In this document: positions 33,714-41,501 of the stretch, one piece after another
Numbering within the stretch: the first letter of the stretch is position 1
Layout: each line of letters begins with the position of its first letter
Assembly (NCBI GenBank): GCA_016191285.1
Contig: JACPPA010000033.1
Coordinates: forward strand, 137,736-201,735
Origin: Gammaproteobacteria bacterium
GTDB taxonomy: Bacteria; Pseudomonadota; Gammaproteobacteria; Ga0077536
DNA length: 64,000 nt
Direction: 5' to 3'
Program-made: the position numbers and the translations under genes
The notes under the pieces: generated by a model
What the model saw: the letters and a program-made list of their open reading frames with translations, nothing else
The model's database searches: none
What the model was told of the DNA's origin: nothing

Positions 33714-34123
33714 CCGATCCTGAACTCATTGCGAAGCAACTCGCCTTCATCGAAACGATGGTGGCCGATCTCCGACGCCTCGCGCGACCCGACTCAATCG
33801 AGACCGATCTGCGCGAGGAGCGCTTTGTCGCGCATACGCTGCAGATGGCGGCGCAGGCGGCGCTCGATGCTGCATCGCATATTGTGTCCGACGAGCGCCT
33901 GGGTGAACCGCAGACGTACCGCGAGTTATTCGCGTTGCTTCAGGCGGCGGGTTGGTTGCCAGCCGACTTGAGCGCGCGCATGCAAGCGATGGCCGGATTC
34001 CGCAATCTCGTTGTGCACGGTTACGCTAAGGTCGATCCGCGGATTCTTCAGGACATCGTGCTGCATCGCCTCGACGACTTGCTAGAGTACGTCGAAACAA
34101 TCAGACAACGTCTCGCGTCCTAG
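33710..34123 (+). CDS. HepT-like (DUF86) RNase toxin
   Basis: RNLVVHGY (Rx4HxY) motif. 4-bp overlap with MNT. Confidence 0.75.
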   Translation: MTDPELIAKQLAFIETMVADLRRLARPDSIETDLREERFVAHTLQMAAQAALDAASHIVSDERLGEPQTYRELFALLQAAGWLPADLSARMQAMAGFRNLVVHGYAKVDPRILQDIVLHRLDDLLEYVETIRQRLAS

Positions 34124-34124
34124 A

Positions 34125-37100
34125 TCAGGCGTGCAATGCGTCAAGCAGGGCCTTGGCGTCACGGAGATCTCGGGTATCCAGACCCTCGGTGAAGGCGCCG
34201 CGGACCGGCGTCAGTATGTCGCGCGCTTCGTTATTCTTACCTTGCGCCCGACGCAGTTTGGCTAGACTCATCGAGGATCGCAGTTTCCATAGCCCTGCGT
34301 TTTGTGCCTGCGCGACGTCGAGCGAACGCAGAAAATGGCCGGCAGCCTGATCGGCAACCGGCAATCCGTGTTGCGCGAGTAGGAATTCACCTTTCAATCG
34401 ATGGAGCTCAGCCTCGAACCAGCGTTCACCGACGGTTTCAATCTGCGCCATGGCTTCGCTCAAGTAACCGGCGACATTGTCCCAGTCGTGCAATTTGGCC
34501 GAGGCGATTGCCATCACCGACAAATGCAGGGGGCGATTAAAGCGATGGCCGGTGATCCTCGCGCCGACGAAGTACTGCTGCATCATGTCGATACCGTCGC
34601 GAACCTGGCCCCCTTCCACCAACGCCGCGCCATAGTCAGCCTTGATGTAATGGTTCCACATCGTGAACTCGTGCTGTTTCGCGAGATCGAGCCCGCGCCG
34701 CGCGGCTTCGCCGGCGAGTGCCGGTTCGCGCCGCAAGAAGTAAATCAATGACAGCCAAGAGAGCATAAGCGCTACCCCGTGAAAGTTCTTCAACGACTCC
34801 GCATGGCGAATGGCTTCGTGTACCAGCCTAAGCGCGCTGTCTGGCTTGCCCGACACTACGTTGGCCCAGCCCAACCAAGCCAGTGACACCGCCCTGAGAT
34901 CCGACCCATACGCCGCCGCTGATTCGCGATCACGAGACGGATCATAGCCATCCAGCGCCCGCTGCAGATGGTCGACTGCCGCATTGAGATCACCGCGCAT
35001 GACCAGTGACGCGCCCATTACCCGATGTGCTACCACCAGCAAGGCCGGCTTATTGATGTGCTGCGCGCGACGCAGGGCATCCTGCGCCGCATTCACCGAC
35101 CGCAATGCATCGCCGCCCACGAGGTGAAAGAGGTAGATGCCGTAAAGTGCAGAAATGCTTTCTTCGATCTCATCGCCAAGTTGGTTACACGACTCGTGCG
35201 CCAGATCGTAGGCCACCGCAGTCGCCGCGTTGGACATTCCCTTGGTCACGAGTAGAACCCCGGCGCGCTGCAATTGAACTTGCAGTGCAAGCCGTGTCCG
35301 CGCCTCGCCGCAAGATACGCTATCGAGCAATACGGACCCTGCGTCCAGTTGGGCCATCGCTTCCTGATACGCTGAACGACTTACCGCGCGTTTGGCGGCC
35401 TTTAACCAGTAAACGATTGCGGGCTCGGCGACTCCGCCGGCCGCGTAGTGATGTGCCAGCAATTCGGGCTCGGTTTCGGTGAACGCCGGAAATTTTTCCT
35501 CGATTACTCGTGCGATCTTCGCATGCAACTCAAGTCGGCGAGCTTTGAGTAGTGAATCGTAGGCGGCATCCTGCACCAGCGCGTGTTTGAAAGTGTATCT
35601 CGCGGCGGGCGGCGTGCCGTGCTGGAACGCGAGCCCTGACGCGGTGAGCTCGGCCAGCACATTGTCCAAGTCCGTGTGGCGGCGCGGGGCTATCGCTTGA
35701 ATGAGTTCGTAGCTGAACGTTCTGCCGAACACGGCGCCTATCTGCGCGATTTCTTTAACCGAGGTAGAACGATCGAGACTTGCCATTAACGAATCGCGGA
35801 GACTCGATGGGAGGCCCAAATTATTAATCGCTCCCACGAATTCGTAGCGATCACCCGTCGCTATGAGATCCGCTGACTGGAGTACCGCGCGAGTGAGTTC
35901 CTCCACGAACAGTGGCACACCATCGGCTTTGGTGAGGATTTGCTCGAAGAGGTTTACCGGCAGCGCCTTGCCGCCGGTCAATGCGTTGACCAAGTCACCG
36001 CTCCGCGGCTTGGTGAGTTCGGTCAATGCAATCGACGTAACGTGATCCTGATTGAGCCATCGAGATGCAAACTCTGGCCGGTGAGTAATCACGATCAATA
36101 AGGGCACGTTTTTGATGCGTTCAACCAATAGATCCAGCACTTCCAGACTGCTGGGATCCGTCCAGTGCGCATCTTCGAACAAAAATACGGTGGGCGTTCG
36201 CCGTGCCGCGGCTTCGGTGAGATCGGCTAACACCCGCAAGGTCTCGGTCTTGAAGCGTTGCGGCGACATGTCGAGCGATCCGTAGCGATCCGTTGGCAGC
36301 GATAGCATCGTGGCGATAAAACGCACGTCCGCGAGTGGGCGCCCTAACTGCTCGACTATCAGGGCTTCCAGTTTGTCGAGCTTGGATGCGAGCGACTCAT
36401 CCGCCGTGAATCTAAGCGCGCGCTCGAAGTTCGAAATGCTGGGATAGAAGGCGCTGTAAATGTGATACGGCGAACACTGAAACCGCAGTGCCTGTGCACC
36501 GTTCGTCGCGAGCTCTGAGTGGAGCGCACTCAAGAGTCGGCTCTTGCCAATGCCGGGCTCTCCGCTCAACATAACGACCTGACCTTTGCCAGATCGTGCG
36601 CACTGCCACCGCTCAAGTAACGCTGCTAATTCGTGTTCGCGCGCCACCATGGGGACCAGTCGACCTTGCGTCGCCGCTTCGAAGCGACTTTCCGCGCGGC
36701 CTACCCCTTTGACCCGATAGGCGCGGGGCGAATTGGCGAGTCCTTTCAGCTTTTGCTCACCCAAATCTTCGTAATCGAAGGTGCCGCCGGCCAGCCGTTG
36801 CACCGACTCACTGACCACGACGCTTCCCGGTTGTGCGATCGCCTGCAGGCGCGACGCGAGATTCATGGTGTCCCCCACGGCGCCCTTCTCGACACCGGCG
36901 ACTACCACTAGCCCGTTTGCAACTCCGATCCGAACGCGTAATCTCCCAACCTCCGCGACTTCGAGCTCGGCCAACGCCGAAATGATCGCAAGCCCCGCGT
37001 GAACCGCACGCTCCGCTTCGGACTCGTGGGCGAGCGGATAGCCGAAAAAAGCAACGATGCCATCGCCGAGACGTCGGTATACATAGCCCTCATAGCGAGT

Positions 37101-37343
37101 GATGCACACCGCACAGGCATCTTCGTATTTTTGAATAATTTCCTGTAGGACTTCTGGATCGATCCGGCTCGACAGTTCGGTGAACCCGACCATGTCGCAG
37201 AACAGGACCGTAAGCTGTCGACGCTCACCGTCGGGGGCAGCGCGCGCTTGAGTGGACGAGGCGGGCGCGTGATCCGCGGTTGACGGAGTCGCGAGGGCAA
37301 GCGCGGACTGATCTATTACTGCGCCGCACCTACTGCGCCGCAC
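34125..37343 (-). CDS. class III adenylyl/guanylyl cyclase domain - AAA/STAND ATPase - TPR protein (body); probably the 3' part of a longer gene interrupted by an in-frame TAG
   Basis: Cyclase motif LTVLFCDMVGFT...RLGDG. Walker A GEPGIGKS. C-terminal TPR/helical repeats. GTG start sits immediately after TAG in the same frame as the upstream zinc-ribbon ORF. Confidence 0.8.
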   Translation of the reverse strand: MRRSRCGAVIDQSALALATPSTADHAPASSTQARAAPDGERRQLTVLFCDMVGFTELSSRIDPEVLQEIIQKYEDACAVCITRYEGYVYRRLGDGIVAFFGYPLAHESEAERAVHAGLAIISALAELEVAEVGRLRVRIGVANGLVVVAGVEKGAVGDTMNLASRLQAIAQPGSVVVSESVQRLAGGTFDYEDLGEQKLKGLANSPRAYRVKGVGRAESRFEAATQGRLVPMVAREHELAALLERWQCARSGKGQVVMLSGEPGIGKSRLLSALHSELATNGAQALRFQCSPYHIYSAFYPSISNFERALRFTADESLASKLDKLEALIVEQLGRPLADVRFIATMLSLPTDRYGSLDMSPQRFKTETLRVLADLTEAAARRTPTVFLFEDAHWTDPSSLEVLDLLVERIKNVPLLIVITHRPEFASRWLNQDHVTSIALTELTKPRSGDLVNALTGGKALPVNLFEQILTKADGVPLFVEELTRAVLQSADLIATGDRYEFVGAINNLGLPSSLRDSLMASLDRSTSVKEIAQIGAVFGRTFSYELIQAIAPRRHTDLDNVLAELTASGLAFQHGTPPAARYTFKHALVQDAAYDSLLKARRLELHAKIARVIEEKFPAFTETEPELLAHHYAAGGVAEPAIVYWLKAAKRAVSRSAYQEAMAQLDAGSVLLDSVSCGEARTRLALQVQLQRAGVLLVTKGMSNAATAVAYDLAHESCNQLGDEIEESISALYGIYLFHLVGGDALRSVNAAQDALRRAQHINKPALLVVAHRVMGASLVMRGDLNAAVDHLQRALDGYDPSRDRESAAAYGSDLRAVSLAWLGWANVVSGKPDSALRLVHEAIRHAESLKNFHGVALMLSWLSLIYFLRREPALAGEAARRGLDLAKQHEFTMWNHYIKADYGAALVEGGQVRDGIDMMQQYFVGARITGHRFNRPLHLSVMAIASAKLHDWDNVAGYLSEAMAQIETVGERWFEAELHRLKGEFLLAQHGLPVADQAAGHFLRSLDVAQAQNAGLWKLRSSMSLAKLRRAQGKNNEARDILTPVRGAFTEGLDTRDLRDAKALLDALHA

Positions 37344-37378
37344 CTACTGCGCCGCACCGGGGGCAAAATTTTGCCCCC
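37317..37378. repeat. three perfect tandem copies of a 14-bp unit (tactgcgccgcacc) followed directly by a perfect 20-bp palindrome (gggggcaaaattttgccccc)
   Basis: Read directly from the sequence. The in-frame TAG of the cyclase gene is generated at a unit-unit junction. Confidence 0.85.
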
Positions 37379-37487
37379 GGCCTAAGTTCCCCCGACAACT
37401 AGTGCATGTGGCGCCTAGCGCCGACCCACACTGGGAGCAGAATTTGTCATCCAACTTATTCTCGTGCCGGCAGGCTGGACATTCCAT
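37344..37487 (-). pseudogene. N-terminal double zinc-ribbon segment, in frame with the cyclase ORF and separated from it only by TAG (37346-37344)
   Basis: MECPACRHENKLDDKFCSQCGSALGATCTSCRG (CxxC x4). DZR-cyclase-AAA-TPR is a known domain architecture. Either a disrupted gene or an undetected recoding event. Confidence 0.5.
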
Positions 37488-37828
37488 CGGGCCATCCCTT
37501 TCATTGTGGCGCGCGATGGTGGGATCGTGACGGATCCTTGAGTAACACACCAGCGATCTAACCGACCGCTTAATTGGCGTTAGGGCTAGTCGATTACACT
37601 CGTCAACGCCAACGGCTTTCATCCATCCGAGGCGATCTTGTCAGCGGAAAGGTACCTTGATCGTTTTTCCGTCCTATATTCCTGCGGACTTGGCATCTTG
37701 ATATGCTGCGACCATGCGCAAAACACCTGTTCTGAACGTTCTCCGCCAACACCGGGGCGAGTTGCCGAAGGTCGGTGGGGCGCCTACCTATCTTTGCATG
37801 GATCGGTGATGAACTAAGGAGAATTTGC

Positions 37829-38614
37829 TTGAAACTAGACTCGACACTTGCCGCGGTGATTACCGGCGGCGCCTCCGGACTTGGTGAAGCCACCGCGCGA
37901 TTACTGGCCTCGCATGGGGTTAAGGTGGGCTTGTTCGATGTGAATGTGGAACGCGGCGAAGCGCTGGCCCATGAACTGGGCGGCGTATTTTGCAAGGTTG
38001 ATGTCACGTCTACGGCGGACGTCGACGCGGCGTTTGCGAAGTCCCGAGCGGTGATCGGGCAGGAGCGCATCCTCGTCAATTGTGCTGGAGTCGGCGGTGG
38101 CGCGGCGAAAACTGTCTCTCGGGATCGTCAGTCGGGTGAAATCAAGCAGTACCCCCTCGAAAACTTCGAGCGAATTATTCAGGTCAATCTCATCGGCACC
38201 TTTCGCTGCATCGCCAAAAGCGCGGCCGGCATGTTGACGCTGCCACCGCTCGCGGATGGCGATCGCGGCGCGATCGTCAACACCGCGTCCGTCGCTGCTG
38301 AAGATGGACAAATTGGCCAAGCGGCCTATACGGCCTCGAAGGCGGGGGTGGTCGGTATGACGTTGACCATCGCGCGCGATCTCTCCAACGACGCCATCCG
38401 CGTCAACACCATTCTGCCAGGTATTTTCGACACCCCACTGCTGGCACGCGCCGCGGATGCGGTCAAGGCGAGCCTCGCCCTCCAAGTGCCGTTCCCGAAA
38501 AGATTGGGCCGCCCGGAGGAGTTCGCCCAAGTCGCGCTGACGATGATCACCTGCGGCTATTTCAACGGTGAAGATGTGCGCCTGGATGGCGCGATTCGGA
38601 TGGCGCCGCGTTAG
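37829..38614 (+). CDS. short-chain dehydrogenase/reductase (SDR)
   Basis: TGGASGLG Rossmann motif. TTG start 8 nt after an aaggag RBS. YxxxK catalytic motif (YTASK). Confidence 0.8.
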   Translation: MKLDSTLAAVITGGASGLGEATARLLASHGVKVGLFDVNVERGEALAHELGGVFCKVDVTSTADVDAAFAKSRAVIGQERILVNCAGVGGGAAKTVSRDRQSGEIKQYPLENFERIIQVNLIGTFRCIAKSAAGMLTLPPLADGDRGAIVNTASVAAEDGQIGQAAYTASKAGVVGMTLTIARDLSNDAIRVNTILPGIFDTPLLARAADAVKASLALQVPFPKRLGRPEEFAQVALTMITCGYFNGEDVRLDGAIRMAPR

Positions 38615-38785
38615 CGCCAGCCCTCCGTTATTGCGAGCGCAGCGAAGCAATCCAGGCGAACAGAACATACGCCTGCTCTGATTGCCGCGCCGCGCGCCCC
38701 ACTATGACGGATACCAGCAGCCCTTTTTCGACTAAATAGCCAAGCGGAAATACCGCCCACCCTACGCGGGCCGGGCTTTAACCGC

Positions 38786-38853
38786 GTCATTCCGGCGCAG
38801 GCCGGAATCCAGAACATTGAGTTATTCGACTGGGTCCCGGCGTGCGCCGGGAC
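38786..38853. repeat. REP-like element family 2 (gtcattccggcgcaggccggaatcc hairpin plus gtcccggcgtgcgccgggac hairpin)
   Basis: Stem-loops. A second copy of the first hairpin occurs at 50862-50888. Its translation gives the spurious IPACAGMT / SFRRxPES peptides typical of REP-derived ORFs. Confidence 0.5.
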
Positions 38854-38919
38854 GACGGCTGTGCCTTCCTGATGAGCCGACGCATCGCCGCGACCTGGTC
38901 GCTATTTATGCTCTTCTAT

Positions 38920-40401
38920 TTAGCGCAACGCCGCCGCGATTTCCCTGAAGCTGTTCAAACCCGCTTCGAGATTTTCGATAATTTCCAAAGCTAATTCGTC
39001 AGGCTCCGGCAGATTGTCCAGATCGGCAAGGCTTTTGTCCTTAAGCCAGAAAATATCCAAACTGGTTTTGTCTCGCGCGATCAGTTGTTCATAACTATAT
39101 TTTCGCCAGCGACCCTCGGGACTGTTCTGTTCGTGCCAAGTCTCTTGGCGTTTGTGTCGATTGAGCGGGTTGTAGCAGGCGACAAAGTCTTGCAAGTCTT
39201 CGAAACGCAGTGGTTTCTTCTTTAGGGTGTGGTGAATATTGGTGCGGTAGTCGTAATACCACACCTCTTTAGTCCACGGCTCCTTGCTCGCCTCGCGGTT
39301 ATCGAAGAACAGCACATTCGCTTTAACGCCATTGGCGTAAAAGATGCCGGTGGGCAGCCGCAGAATCGTATGCAGATCGGTGGTCTCCAGCAGCTTTTTG
39401 CGCACGGTCTCGCCAGCGCCGCCTTCGAACAGCACATTGTCCGGCACCACGACCGCCGCGCGGCCCGTGGCCTTCAGCATGGTGCGAATGTGCTGGACGA
39501 AATTGAGCTGCTTGTTGGAAGTGGTCGCCCAAAAATCCTGGCGGTTGTAAGTCAGATCATCTTTTTCCTGTTCGCCTTCCTCATTGGTAAAGCTCATCGA
39601 GCTTTTCTTGCCGAAGGGTGGGTTCGCGAGCACGTAGTCGTAGCGTTTACCGCTGTCGGCGACCAACGCGTCGTTCGGCGAGACCATGCTCTCGCCATCG
39701 ATCTCGCCGATGTTGTGCAGGAACATATTCATCAACGCCAGGCGGCGAGTTCCAGCGACAATCTCATTGCCGTGAAAGGTTTCGTGCTTCAAAAAGGCAC
39801 GTTGCGTTTTATCCATGGTCGGGTGCGCGGCCACCAGAAAATCGTAGGCCGCGAGAAAGAACCCGCCAGTGCCGCAAGCCGGATCCGCGATCGTCTTGCG
39901 CGGTTCGGGACGCATGCAGTCGACCATCGCGCGAATCAAGGCGCGCGGCGTGAAATATTGGCCAGCGCCGGACTTGGTGTCTTCTGCATTCTTCTCCAGC
40001 AATCCCTCGTAGATGTCGCCCTTGACATCTGCACCCAAGGTGACCCATTGCGTTTCGTCCACCATCGCAATCAGGCGATAGAGCTTGGCTGGGTCCTGAA
40101 TCTTGTTTTGCGCCTTGGTGAAGATTTGCCCGAGCATGCCCGGCTTGTTGCCGAGTTCGCGTAACACGCTCACATAGTGCACTTCGAGTTCGGCGCCGCG
40201 CTTGGTCTTCAAGCTAGGCCAGTTGTAGTCGACCGGAATACCGACCTTACGATTGTGTGGCGGCTGGCTGTATTCATCCGCCATTTTTAAGAAAATGAGA
40301 TAGGTGAGTTGCTCCAGATAATCGCCGTAGCTCACGCCGTCGTCGCGCAGCGTGGTGCAAAAGCTCCAAACTTTGGAGACGATGGAGGCGGTGGCGTTCA
40401 T
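38920..40401 (-). CDS. hsdM: type I restriction-modification system, N6-adenine DNA methyltransferase subunit
   Basis: NPPFG motif (VLANPPFGKK). HsdM N-terminal domain. 493 aa. Confidence 0.9.
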   Translation of the reverse strand: MNATASIVSKVWSFCTTLRDDGVSYGDYLEQLTYLIFLKMADEYSQPPHNRKVGIPVDYNWPSLKTKRGAELEVHYVSVLRELGNKPGMLGQIFTKAQNKIQDPAKLYRLIAMVDETQWVTLGADVKGDIYEGLLEKNAEDTKSGAGQYFTPRALIRAMVDCMRPEPRKTIADPACGTGGFFLAAYDFLVAAHPTMDKTQRAFLKHETFHGNEIVAGTRRLALMNMFLHNIGEIDGESMVSPNDALVADSGKRYDYVLANPPFGKKSSMSFTNEEGEQEKDDLTYNRQDFWATTSNKQLNFVQHIRTMLKATGRAAVVVPDNVLFEGGAGETVRKKLLETTDLHTILRLPTGIFYANGVKANVLFFDNREASKEPWTKEVWYYDYRTNIHHTLKKKPLRFEDLQDFVACYNPLNRHKRQETWHEQNSPEGRWRKYSYEQLIARDKTSLDIFWLKDKSLADLDNLPEPDELALEIIENLEAGLNSFREIAAALR

Positions 40402-40457
40402 GCGTTAGTCCTGAATCTACTGCTATTACCCTCTTTATTACCCTGACTCAAAGGTAA

Positions 40458-41501
40458 TTACCCCTTCTTCCGCCACCGCGCCGCAGGCCCACGACCCTGG
40501 CACGCGATGTCGTTGGCGCGTTGCCGTTCCCTCAGCACACGACGGACCATGTCTCGGCTCACCCCCGGGCAGGCCTGCTCCAATTGGGAAACGGTAAATT
40601 CGCCCGCAAACCGATTAATCGCCGTCAGCACCAAATCGGTCTTCGACCCGCGTGGCGCTTTCACGTCACCGACTCGTTCCGCAAACTCGGTGTAGGCCAT
40701 TTTCAGAATGGACAGGACGTAGTTGAGGTAAGGCCAAGGATCGTGCTTGCCCTCGTGCCAGCCTTGCGAACTTTGCTCCAACGTCTCGTAGTAGCGCGCC
40801 TTATTTTCTTCGATCAAACGTTCCAAACTGATGTAGCGCCCAACTTCATAACCGGCCTGGTAGCACTGAAGCAAAAGCGCCAACCGGGACACCCGCCCAT
40901 TGCCATCGCGGAACGGATGAATGCACAGAAAATCCAAATTGAACGCGGCAATCGCAATGAGCGGCGGCACCCAGCGCTCATCCACGCAACGTTGCCAATC
41001 GATCATCAAGTTCGCCATCGCGACCGGGGTCCCAGCCGCGGACACCGGGCGAAAGCGCACCCGCTCGGTACCGTCCGAATACCGCTCGATGATGTCGCCG
41101 TCTTTTTCCTTGTACTGCCCCGCGTCCCAGATTTGACCGCGTGCGAGCGCATGCAGCTCACGCATTGTTGCCTCGCTGACGAGAAGATGAGCGCCTTCGT
41201 GGACTCGGGATAACGCGTCACGATATCCCCGCACTTCTTCTTCGTCGCGATCTCGAAACAAGGGCTTTGGCGACGCCAGCACATGTCGTACCCGCTCCGG
41301 ATCAACTGACACGCCTTCAATCCGATTCGACGACACGGCGCTCTCGATCAATGCATGTTCGCGTAACGCCTTCAACCGCTGCGGCGATTGTTGCGTATAA
41401 AGCGCCTGCTTCCCGCGAAACTCACTCAAATCGGCGAGGTACCAAGAAGCGCTCGCCGGGATAGCGAGATTCTGTGCCGCGAAAAGGCGCAGTGTCGTCA
41501 T
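40458..41501 (-). CDS. fic: Fic/DOC family protein embedded in the type I R-M operon
   Basis: Fic motif HPFRDGNGRVSRL. Confidence 0.85.
   Translation of the reverse strand: MTTLRLFAAQNLAIPASASWYLADLSEFRGKQALYTQQSPQRLKALREHALIESAVSSNRIEGVSVDPERVRHVLASPKPLFRDRDEEEVRGYRDALSRVHEGAHLLVSEATMRELHALARGQIWDAGQYKEKDGDIIERYSDGTERVRFRPVSAAGTPVAMANLMIDWQRCVDERWVPPLIAIAAFNLDFLCIHPFRDGNGRVSRLALLLQCYQAGYEVGRYISLERLIEENKARYYETLEQSSQGWHEGKHDPWPYLNYVLSILKMAYTEFAERVGDVKAPRGSKTDLVLTAINRFAGEFTVSQLEQACPGVSRDMVRRVLRERQRANDIACQGRGPAARWRKKG

Noticed and set aside
37317-37378. Possibility that the 14-bp x3 repeat and palindrome form a CRISPR-like or riboswitch element
   Set aside because: The repeats are perfect tandem units with no spacers and the array is only 42 bp. 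No cas genes are nearby. They are better explained as a microsatellite-like slippage tract inside a coding sequence.
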